Positions 9,280-17,812 of a stretch of DNA of 58,092 bases are shown here, one piece after another. The notes under the pieces were generated by a model, which saw only the letters and a list, made by a program, of their open reading frames with translations, was not told the origin of the DNA and ran no database searches. Source of the DNA: a virus (lineage: Duplodnaviria > Caudoviricetes); the IMG/VR virus record IMGVR_UViG_3300042290_000649, positions 1 to 58,092 of that record; one strand, given 5' to 3'. Made by a program: the position numbers and the translations under genes. How positions within the stretch are numbered: position 1 is the first letter of the stretch; each line of letters starts with the position of its first letter.

Positions 9280-9760
9280 CCGACTTCCCGCAGTGCGGGC
9301 ACTTCTTATCTATCTTCTCTGAGTCTAGCGGGCCAGTATCCATTGATGAGGCAATAAGTGCGTCAACGTCCTCTTGGTCGTAGCCCGTTGCTAGGAGGTC
9401 GCCATCTGCCGCTGCTGCTGATAGGAGCGCCGCAAGGGAATCTTCATTGTAGTCAGCCTTGTCGGAAACCCTGTTGTCTGCAAGCATAATGTTGCGCGCC
9501 CTTCGGTCGTCGACATCCAGGAAGATGACAGGGACTTGCTTCCAGCCAAGTTGTCGGACAGCCATAAGTCGGTGATTCCCGACCAGCACAAAGTTGGTTG
9601 ATTTCTGTGCAATAAGCACACCGTACCAGCCGTTCTGGCTGATGGAAGTAATAATCGCCCCAACGTCTCCGTCCCGAGGGTTATCGGGATGATTGGTAAT
9701 CTGGTCAATTTCTACCCAGGCTACCGAGACATCAGGGCGATCACTAGCGGCTTTCGCCAC
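9248..9760 (-). CDS. ParB/Srx N-terminal domain protein with a C-terminal CPHCG
   Basis: HPDNPRDGDVGAI..SI...G...VLVGNHRLMAVRQLG..VPV...LADNR; no HTH domain. Confidence 0.85.
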   Translation of the reverse strand: MAKAASDRPDVSVAWVEIDQITNHPDNPRDGDVGAIITSISQNGWYGVLIAQKSTNFVLVGNHRLMAVRQLGWKQVPVIFLDVDDRRARNIMLADNRVSDKADYNEDSLAALLSAAAADGDLLATGYDQEDVDALIASSMDTGPLDSEKIDKKCPHCGKSVSGSARSRPR

Positions 9761-9762
9761 GA

Positions 9763-10170
9763 TTACGCCTTTGGCTCCTCTTCGAGGTCGTTGATTCCGT
9801 CGCCGTCAACATCGACCCAACCCTGCTCGCCGGCAAGGCTGCCAGCCAACTGGTCGGCAATGCCGTCACCATCGGTATCAATTGCCGAACCGGCAATGTG
9901 TGCGGTGCTTGCCTGCTCTTCGCGGGCAGCCTTTACCTTGCCAACACCAAACTTCGTGTCCTCTGGATTGAGGGCGCGAACGATTACCTGGAGGGTTGCC
10001 GCAATGGCACCCGAGGCAACAGTTCGGAAGTCATCGTTAGTCATGTCAAGAATTGGTGCGCCGGTTGCAAGCATCACGGCAATACCCGTTGCAAGGCCGA
10101 CACGGAACGCTTCGAGAAGCGCTTCGTCTATACCGGTGTTATCAAAAACCCATTTAATCTTTGCAATCAT
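9763..10170 (-). CDS. Probable holin with a DxDGDG acidic tail
   Basis: Two hydrophobic segments, ALNPEDTKFG motif, directly downstream of the endolysin; DTDGDGIAD and DVDGDGIND. Confidence 0.65.
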   Translation of the reverse strand: MIAKIKWVFDNTGIDEALLEAFRVGLATGIAVMLATGAPILDMTNDDFRTVASGAIAATLQVIVRALNPEDTKFGVGKVKAAREEQASTAHIAGSAIDTDGDGIADQLAGSLAGEQGWVDVDGDGINDLEEEPKA

Positions 10171-10179
10171 GATGTTCTC

Positions 10180-10956
10180 CTACTGATTTACTACGCCCGT
10201 GCCACCACAGCGGGAGCACGGTACGGTTGCTACCGGTGCCGCCGGCTGCGGTGCTGGAGCAACTGGAGCCGCAGCAACGGGTGCTGGAGCAACTGGTGCT
10301 ACTGCCTGAGCCGCTGGTGCTGGTGCGACCCAGCCCTTTGGCGCTGTGATAATGATGATGTGCTTAAACGCTGGGGCAACGTGCTTCTTAGACACGCGCT
10401 TTGAGTCGGCAAGAGTGAGGAGAATCTTCTCGTCAATCTTTACGCCAAACTGCTCAGCACCCTTGCCGGAGCGCGTTGGGCACGCCCACTGCCAGCCGTC
10501 GATTGGATCGTAAACGGCTGAAGTCATGTGGCCATACGTGCGGGTAGGCTGCTTCTGCTTAACCCACCACCAGCGCTGCCACTTTGCATGCCATGCGGAA
10601 ACTTCCAAACCCTTAGGGTAGCCAGCAGGCTGCTCGACCCACACCCCAAGAGCCGCTCCGGCCTTGGCAGAGTTGATGACATCGTTCCAGTCCTTTGCCC
10701 AGCGGGCATCGGCGCCTAGAACCTTGGCTGTCTTTATAAGGTCGGCCAGCGTTGAGCCGTTGTCGCTTACGCCCTGCTTCTCCACAAAACCAGTTGCTTT
10801 TGCCTTAGCGGCAATGCCGTCTGCGGCAGAGAAGTCCTTGCCTGGAGCGTACTTAAACGCCCAGGAAACTGCTGCAGCCACTGACGATGGGCCGCAGTCG
10901 TCAAGAATGCCGCCCTTCTCTTCGTGGTCCAACTGACTCTTAACCTTGTACTTCAT
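10180..10956 (-). CDS. Probable endolysin, C39-like cysteine peptidase
   Basis: SQL...DCGPSSVAAAV, GS(T)L, GHM motifs; Pro/Ala linker; adjacent to the holin. Confidence 0.65.
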   Translation of the reverse strand: MKYKVKSQLDHEEKGGILDDCGPSSVAAAVSWAFKYAPGKDFSAADGIAAKAKATGFVEKQGVSDNGSTLADLIKTAKVLGADARWAKDWNDVINSAKAGAALGVWVEQPAGYPKGLEVSAWHAKWQRWWWVKQKQPTRTYGHMTSAVYDPIDGWQWACPTRSGKGAEQFGVKIDEKILLTLADSKRVSKKHVAPAFKHIIIITAPKGWVAPAPAAQAVAPVAPAPVAAAPVAPAPQPAAPVATVPCSRCGGTGVVNQ

Positions 10957-11030
10957 GGTTTCCTACCTTTCCGGGTTGTACCCCGCTGATGTGGCATATC
11001 ATACACCATGTAACAAAGCGCCTCAATGAC

Positions 11031-14000
11031 TTAAGCGTTTTCCAGTTCGGCAACCCTGGCCTTCAGCGCAGTAAACTCGGCATACATCTCTTTAATCGCG
11101 GCAGCAGAGATAGCAAGAGCCCTAATCCCATCAATATCCGGCATTAACAATTTACCGTCAGTAATTTCATCTATTCTTGGATCTGGCGCTAAAATATCTT
11201 GGGTATCAACTAGAGAGGGTTCAATTTCTTGAAGATCTTGAGCGATAAGACCAATTTGCGTCTTACCTTCAGGCACTTCTTTCCAATTAAACGTGACTGG
11301 TCGCATAGATAGGATTTTAGCAAGGCCGCCACTATAGTCGGAAATGTTTTGCTTTAGCCTAATATCAGATGCAGAAGTTAGGTTGACGTAATAAACCCCG
11401 TCGGAAAAGTCATCAGCGTATATTCGTCTTGTTCCTGATTGGTTAAAAATTGCCAAATCACCAGCAGACATGTTTGTAGCGGTTGGCGCCGTTCCGAAAG
11501 AAGGGGTTAGGCTGGTGTCTACCCATGTTTTTGTGAAATATGAGGTTGACCCTATACCAAGAGTGCCATAAACCCTTCCGGTAACTACAAGGCTATCGTT
11601 CATAGTCAGGTTTGTTCCGTCATAGCCAAGATTGCTAGAGCCGTTTCCTCCAGGGAAAAAGGCAGAGGCAACAACGGGGGTAAAGGTCGCCCTAGAACTG
11701 CTGGTGTAGAATCCAATTGAGTTGTTTGAATCAGACGCGCTAAACGGGGCAATGTGTCCGCGATTTTGCTTGAATGAAAGACCTGTTGTTGAAGTAGAAG
11801 CCGATCCAATGTAAAGAGTCTTGTTTGCTGTAATTAAGTCTTTGGTCATCTGAAGCACGTTTGTAAACTGACCAGTTGCGGCCGTACCGGTTGCGCCAAG
11901 CGTGGTGACGCCAAGATTTAGCGTTCCTGTCGCGGTTGTTCCATTTCCTGCCGCTGCAATATCCCCCTGTGTGGTGTTTCCGGCAACAACAACTGCCGGA
12001 CGGAATAGCGTTCCTGTATCAACTGGGTCAAAGTATCCGCCCTTTGCTGCTACTTGCCCATCGCTTGTTACGGAAAATGAGGAACCGACGCCGATGGTAA
12101 TTGATCCGCCAGTTATGCTCACGCTAGATGCAGAAAGCGCTCCAGCATTAGTTACGGCAAACGTTGCGCCTGCCCCGTCGGTACCGGTTGCCCCAGCAAA
12201 GAATGCCAATCCAGTGTCTAGTGCGGTGTCGATAAGCCCGGCATATTTTACTGAACCAGTGCTTGATGCGTTTGTCAGCCTGTCCGAGGCAATCGTGTAT
12301 CCACCAATCAGTCCAGAAGTTGCAGTCATCGCCCCAGCGTTAGTGACGGTAAATTTTGCGCTTGCCCCGTCGGTACCTGTCGCCCCAGCAAAGAAGGCAA
12401 GACCCGTTTCGTCGGCCGTGTCTATCAGGCCAGCGTATTTCACCGAACCGGTAGTTGATGCGTTTGTTAGCCTATCGGAAGCAAGTGTGTACCCGCCAAT
12501 AGTGCCGCTTGTTGCCGTGATTGCCCCATCGTTTGTCACAGAGAATTTTGCACTTGCCCCAACGTTGTTTGTTGCGCCGGCAAAGAAGGCAAGGCCGGTA
12601 GATGGTGTATCAAGAATTCCAGCATACTGACCAGAAGCGCCACCAGAATTTGTCAGGCTTGTTGAATTAAGCGTCCATCCGCCAATGAATCCGCCAGTGG
12701 CCGTGATGTTGCTAGTAGAGATTGTTCCAGTTACGCTTGCACTTGTTGCCGTCATCGCACCAGCGCTTGTTACGCTAAAGGTGCCGCTATTGACGCTAAT
12801 GACGTTTCCTGCCGCTGGACCACCAGTAATGGAAAGGTTATTGGCGACTACGGAACCGTCGTTGAGCACCTCGAAGACTGCGCCGTCTCCTGCGCTGTTG
12901 GTTGCCCCGGCAAAGAATGCCCTACCGAGAAACACTGGGTCGGCAACAACTCCATAGAACTTAGTTGTTGCACCAGAGGTTGCAGAAGAGTAAAGACGCG
13001 AACTTGCCAACGTCCAACCACCGACGGTTCCACCTGTGGCGGTAATGTCGGAGGCGGTCACTGCGCCAGCATTAGTTACGGCAAACGTTGCGCTTGAACC
13101 GGAAGTATTTGTTGCCCCAGCAAAGAATGCCAATCCAGTGTCTAGTGCGGTGTCGATGATCCCTGCGTACTTGCTTGCCCCAAGATTGGTTAATCGATCA
13201 GAAGCAAGAGTAAATCCACCAATTGCGCCGCTTTTTGCTGTGAGTGCTCCTTGCGGGGTGACGCTAAACGGCGCGCTTGATGGCGTCTCGTCGCCGGCGT
13301 AGATTGAGTATCCACCGCTCGTTGCAAGTGCTACGTAGGAAGTGCTTGTGCCAGAGGAAAGTTTTGTTGACGCAAGCGTCCACCCTCCTACCGTTCCGTC
13401 CTGGGCGGTAATGGTCCCTGTGTTGCTGACGGAGAAGTTTGTGCTTTGGATGGCGTTTGCGCCAAGGTTCCCAAGGGTGACTGTTCCCGCCTTAATAAAA
13501 TCGGCATTAATGGTTACATCTGAGGCGGTCGCTGTAATAATGTTCTGGCTGACGTTTGCGGGGTTCTTAAGAACAAACCCGGTATCAACGCTAAACCATG
13601 TACCGCTCGCTGACTCGCCAGAGATTCTCGCGCCGGTATAGACAAAACCAGTTGCGGCAACTTCCGCCACAGCGCTTGATGTTGCGCCCTGATAGGTGAT
13701 GGTGTACGGGGAAGACGCGGTAATTGAAAGGACGTTGAACGCCCCGTTAAAGTCGGCATCTGTTGCCCATGGAGCGCTTGTTACGTCAATTGTGATGTTT
13801 TGCCCAACGGTTGCATTGACCGCTGTGGCTGTTTTTATCGTCACAATTCCTGATGCGCTTCTTGCTAGGTATGAAATTGCTACGGGGGCGTCACCGACGC
13901 TTACCGTTCCGCCAACGACGCTAATGTTTTTAGCAGTTACGCCGCCTGATGTCGACACCCTGAACGGTGCTGTTGCAAAATCGCTGGAACCTGCCCCGGC

Positions 14001-17000
14001 CCAGAACCCATTGCCGCTCATGTGGGCCTGGCTTGGGCTAGAAGATCCCGCAGTAATAATTCCGTTGTTATTTAGGACGACGTTCCCGCTGCTTGAGGAA
14101 ATCGTTGCTGCTCCGACTGTCCAGCCACCGATTGAACCACCAGTCGCCGTGAGGTTGGACGCCGTCACGGCACCGCTTGTTGCAAGGGTGAATGCAGCGG
14201 AAGTTGGGTTTGCAGCGCCGCCCCAGATCCCCTGGAAGGTTGGGGTAATTGAATCTGGGTAATTACCAACACGCACAACGCTTCCGCCGGAACCAACGGT
14301 AATCTCTGTTGCCTCAATGCCCGTAACATTCAAGAAGTCAGCATTGAGGTTTGCGGTTGAGCCGTTAACTTCAAGAACCACATTTCCAGCATCATCGCGG
14401 ATCGTTACGCCGTCCTTGTCCACCTCAAACTGCGGAAGTGTTGCCGTTCCGTCGGAGATAACAGACATTCCAGTAGAGATGTTGAGTGTTCCTGCAGTAA
14501 TCAAGTCTGCGGTCAGCGAGGAAATCTGCGCGCTGCCGATTGTTGCATCCTCAATGTCAACCGTGCCAGTAATCTTGTTGGGGGATCTAAATGTTGGAGT
14601 TGTTTCCTGAACTGCTGCGCTTTCGTTTCCGGTTCGATCTACGGCTGAAACCTTGTACTGATACAGGTTGGTGTAGTTCGAGAACGATGTATCGATATAG
14701 ACGTTTGTTGAGGTTTCGGCAATCTTTACCCATGGCTCGTTAGGGGTTGTTCCGGCGTCGTACTGCTTTCGATAAATCTTGAACCTGCTGAAGTCGGTAT
14801 TGTTAGTGTTTTGATCTGGAAGTGCCGGATCGTAGAATCCAAAGCCCCATGCAATCGCTATTGACTTAAGGCTTGCTGTCACCGTAACGCCCGTAGGGGC
14901 ATCTGTTGGAGTTGTGTCTGCTGGCAGGATTACCGAGTCGTCAACAAAGTCGGACCTGTTGCCAGTCCTATCCTGGGCAGCAACGCGGAAGAACAACTTC
15001 TTCCCTGGTTCCGCCTGGAAAGAGTGGGTGACTTGCGCTGCTATTCCCGTCGATACGGAACGAACTTCTGGGGTTTGCGCAACGTTAATGACCTGCGCAT
15101 TGGCGAAGTTAGCGTCATACCCATACTGAACAACGTAGTTGGAGAAGTCGTCTTCCTGACTTGGCGTCCACTTAGCAATAACTGTTGCGCGCGTTACCCC
15201 GTCAACCGTCTGGATGAGAGATCCTGAAGGGGCTGTGAGGGCAAGGTTGGATGGCCTTGCTGGCGGAAGAACGTCGTTGAGCCGAAGTGTTGCCTGCTTA
15301 ATGTCGGCAAAGATTTGCGTGACGCCCTTCTTAATAAGCGACGGATCGCTACCAAGGGTTGTTGTCCAATAAATTCTGTCGCCTAGGAACTTGCCTTTGG
15401 TTCCCTTGACAACAAGCGGCTCTGCAATGTCGTCAGCGGCCCAGATGAACGGGATAACTGTGCCGACCTCTGGCGCCTCCTCAAGGTGGTCAAACTCCCA
15501 CGTGCGCATTGCAACGCCTTTCTCTTCCCAGAAGGCGAGCGCGCGAACCTCTGCCTTGGCCTCGGAGTCAACCAACTGATCGTTCAGGCTGGCCTCGACC
15601 ACCTTGCCGCCGCTCTCCCAAAGCCCAGGAGCAAAGTCAAACGTCTTGTAGTAGTACACATCTGGCTCTCCAGAAAGCGCGGCGCCACCGGCCGGAAGGC
15701 TTGTAATAGTAATGGACGTTCCAACTTGGGTTGCCTTTAGCCGCATGGTCATTCGGCCTGCGCCAATATAGATCTTGTATCCAGTTGCGGTCGGAACAGC
15801 AGACCAGTTTGCAGAGAGAGTCCTAACTGGAGTTGGCGCGACTACGTCGGCGTCAGTAATAATCTGCGTAGCGTATTTTACATAGACATCGCCAGTCGGT
15901 GTTGTTGCAACAACTCGAACAAAATAGGTATTTGCAGCAAGCGATCCACCCTGCGCTTTTGTGAGCGCCAGCCCAGCGTTGTATTCCACCGACTCCAACT
16001 CGTTTGTGTTAGTTGGGTCCTTGTAGACACCGTACACAAGGAGCCTATTCGCAATGCTGCTTGCTTCACGCGGGGCTTTTGGCGTTTCAAATCCACGAAG
16101 CGGAACTGGGTATTGTGACTCAGAGGGGCGATCAGAGAATCCGTATGTGCCAGTCACCTCAATTAGAGAGAAGTCTGTCCAGGCACATGCTCCAGTTGCG
16201 CCAGACTTGCGCTTGGCTATAAACCGAGCGGAGACTGCGGTGGCGTGTGACTTTGCAATAGCCCAGGCCTTACACCAGCGCTGCTCATCGGTTCCGTCAA
16301 AAGAAACAGAGCGGCTAAGCGTGTTCGATGAACCTACCTGAGTCAGGCCGGCTGCATCGCTATAGAATCTCAGTTCGCAATCCCAACTTGATGAGAAGTT
16401 TGCATCCGCCCAGCCGCGAACGCGTGGCATGTAGGTAGTGTTGCTCGAAACGGTGATCGGATCGGATTTGGTTTCGTTCGTTGAGGATGAGCCAGAGGCG
16501 ACAAGCGCGTTGCCGAATCCAAATGGACCACGGGAAGGCTGGATAGTGTGGTTTGTTCCAAGTGTCCAGTTAGTTGACGAGGAGTCAAACCGTGGGTTCT
16601 GGACGAGTTCCTGCGCCTTCTTATTGGCATAGTGAAGATTCTTTGCCGCGTCTACCCAGAAGATTGAGCCAGTCTTGTCGCTGATTGTCTTCATTGCCTG
16701 CTTCAGGGTCTTGCCGCCAAACGGGCTTGTAAGGATTACGCCTGTCTCCAGAACGGGACTGAATCTAAAAGAAGCATCCGGGTCTGGTGTCCCATCGGCA
16801 AGAACCTTTGCTGGCTTTACATAGTCAAAGTTGTTAATTCCGGGATCGAGTTCTGGGTCAATGGCGTTAAAAATACCCTTGTAGTTGGCGTTCTCTGGGT
16901 CAGATGAGCCAGAGATAATGTCGACGTCGATGCTCCCCTTCTGAACGTACTTTTCTGGGCTTGTAACGGTGTTGGTTACGGGTATTGTTGAGAGTGAGTA

Positions 17001-17804
17001 CGTTTCTGTTCCTGCGGCAATCGTTGACTGAAGATAAAGCCCCGTAGTGCCGATACCCTGCTTGGCATACACCAAGTATTCATCTACCCCGGCAACCTCG
17101 TCCCAAGTCAGTTCAATGGTTCGAAGCGGTGTGTCCGTATTGTCCGCTGGGGCCACGTCGCTTGGTGTGATGTATTGCGTAATGTGCGTAAAGATTGTTA
17201 GCGGATCGCCCACGCCATCCACGGCAATGACGCGGAATGTATACGGCCCAGCAATCAGTTGGTTTCCGCCAGTAATAACCTGGCTAGTAAGCCCAGCCGT
17301 AGTTGGCAACTCACCAATAGCCTCAGAGACGTTTGGGGCGTTGTAGTCGCGCACGACAATCTCATCAAGGAGCGCCGTGTAGTCAAATGCCTCAACCTGC
17401 TGGACAACAAACGAAGCCCCCGAGCGTTCGGTGTTCACGTTGCCAATGACGCCGCCCCAGACCACTACATCGTTATCAAGAAGTTTAACCTCTGCCCTGT
17501 TGGTTAGGTCAATGAAGAACGACGTGTCATGAATTGCGTCCGATAGCCGTGTATCAATATCCTCTGGGCTTGCGGGAGCGCTTCCCGATATCCAGGACGC
17601 GTACTCGTCGTACCTTGTGGTTGAGAGTGGGAAGAACGTGAATATATCAAAACGCAGAGAGGTGTTCTTGTCGGTTGCTTGCTGCTCCCACTGCAGGTTT
17701 TGGAAGTCAATGCGCGAAGTTATATCAATCCACATCGGCGCCTGGACGGCGGATGATGATTGTGGATATCCTGGCCTAAACTGTGCAATAACCTTAACTG
17801 CCAT
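11031..17804 (-). CDS. Tail tip/hub-fibre protein (2257 aa): hub-like N-terminus, carbohydrate-binding-like domain, FN3 domains, Gly/Thr repeats, C-terminal S74 autocleaving chaperone
   Basis: Follows the tape measure; FRVAAQDRTGNRS and YKVSAVDRTGNES (FN3); SDIRLKQNI...MRPVTFNWK...GLIAQDL (S74). Confidence 0.9.
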   Translation of the reverse strand: MAVKVIAQFRPGYPQSSSAVQAPMWIDITSRIDFQNLQWEQQATDKNTSLRFDIFTFFPLSTTRYDEYASWISGSAPASPEDIDTRLSDAIHDTSFFIDLTNRAEVKLLDNDVVVWGGVIGNVNTERSGASFVVQQVEAFDYTALLDEIVVRDYNAPNVSEAIGELPTTAGLTSQVITGGNQLIAGPYTFRVIAVDGVGDPLTIFTHITQYITPSDVAPADNTDTPLRTIELTWDEVAGVDEYLVYAKQGIGTTGLYLQSTIAAGTETYSLSTIPVTNTVTSPEKYVQKGSIDVDIISGSSDPENANYKGIFNAIDPELDPGINNFDYVKPAKVLADGTPDPDASFRFSPVLETGVILTSPFGGKTLKQAMKTISDKTGSIFWVDAAKNLHYANKKAQELVQNPRFDSSSTNWTLGTNHTIQPSRGPFGFGNALVASGSSSTNETKSDPITVSSNTTYMPRVRGWADANFSSSWDCELRFYSDAAGLTQVGSSNTLSRSVSFDGTDEQRWCKAWAIAKSHATAVSARFIAKRKSGATGACAWTDFSLIEVTGTYGFSDRPSESQYPVPLRGFETPKAPREASSIANRLLVYGVYKDPTNTNELESVEYNAGLALTKAQGGSLAANTYFVRVVATTPTGDVYVKYATQIITDADVVAPTPVRTLSANWSAVPTATGYKIYIGAGRMTMRLKATQVGTSITITSLPAGGAALSGEPDVYYYKTFDFAPGLWESGGKVVEASLNDQLVDSEAKAEVRALAFWEEKGVAMRTWEFDHLEEAPEVGTVIPFIWAADDIAEPLVVKGTKGKFLGDRIYWTTTLGSDPSLIKKGVTQIFADIKQATLRLNDVLPPARPSNLALTAPSGSLIQTVDGVTRATVIAKWTPSQEDDFSNYVVQYGYDANFANAQVINVAQTPEVRSVSTGIAAQVTHSFQAEPGKKLFFRVAAQDRTGNRSDFVDDSVILPADTTPTDAPTGVTVTASLKSIAIAWGFGFYDPALPDQNTNNTDFSRFKIYRKQYDAGTTPNEPWVKIAETSTNVYIDTSFSNYTNLYQYKVSAVDRTGNESAAVQETTPTFRSPNKITGTVDIEDATIGSAQISSLTADLITAGTLNISTGMSVISDGTATLPQFEVDKDGVTIRDDAGNVVLEVNGSTANLNADFLNVTGIEATEITVGSGGSVVRVGNYPDSITPTFQGIWGGAANPTSAAFTLATSGAVTASNLTATGGSIGGWTVGAATISSSSGNVVLNNNGIITAGSSSPSQAHMSGNGFWAGAGSSDFATAPFRVSTSGGVTAKNISVVGGTVSVGDAPVAISYLARSASGIVTIKTATAVNATVGQNITIDVTSAPWATDADFNGAFNVLSITASSPYTITYQGATSSAVAEVAATGFVYTGARISGESASGTWFSVDTGFVLKNPANVSQNIITATASDVTINADFIKAGTVTLGNLGANAIQSTNFSVSNTGTITAQDGTVGGWTLASTKLSSGTSTSYVALATSGGYSIYAGDETPSSAPFSVTPQGALTAKSGAIGGFTLASDRLTNLGASKYAGIIDTALDTGLAFFAGATNTSGSSATFAVTNAGAVTASDITATGGTVGGWTLASSRLYSSATSGATTKFYGVVADPVFLGRAFFAGATNSAGDGAVFEVLNDGSVVANNLSITGGPAAGNVISVNSGTFSVTSAGAMTATSASVTGTISTSNITATGGFIGGWTLNSTSLTNSGGASGQYAGILDTPSTGLAFFAGATNNVGASAKFSVTNDGAITATSGTIGGYTLASDRLTNASTTGSVKYAGLIDTADETGLAFFAGATGTDGASAKFTVTNAGAMTATSGLIGGYTIASDRLTNASSTGSVKYAGLIDTALDTGLAFFAGATGTDGAGATFAVTNAGALSASSVSITGGSITIGVGSSFSVTSDGQVAAKGGYFDPVDTGTLFRPAVVVAGNTTQGDIAAAGNGTTATGTLNLGVTTLGATGTAATGQFTNVLQMTKDLITANKTLYIGSASTSTTGLSFKQNRGHIAPFSASDSNNSIGFYTSSSRATFTPVVASAFFPGGNGSSNLGYDGTNLTMNDSLVVTGRVYGTLGIGSTSYFTKTWVDTSLTPSFGTAPTATNMSAGDLAIFNQSGTRRIYADDFSDGVYYVNLTSASDIRLKQNISDYSGGLAKILSMRPVTFNWKEVPEGKTQIGLIAQDLQEIEPSLVDTQDILAPDPRIDEITDGKLLMPDIDGIRALAISAAAIKEMYAEFTALKARVAELENA
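12130..13400 (-). repeat. About six tandem ~60-aa coding repeats in the tail tip protein
   Basis: GG(W/F/Y)TLAS.RL...YAG.IDT...GLAFFAGAT...A.F.VTN.GA.TA; exact DNA copy gttgccccagcaaagaatgccaatccagtgtctagtgcggtgtcgat at ~12187 and ~13111. Confidence 0.8.
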
Positions 17805-17812
17805 GACTCATC

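Noticed and set aside
9248-9760. Phage ParB as the cognate binder of the parS site
   Set aside because: Only the N-terminal ParB/Srx domain is present, with no HTH and no parA nearby.
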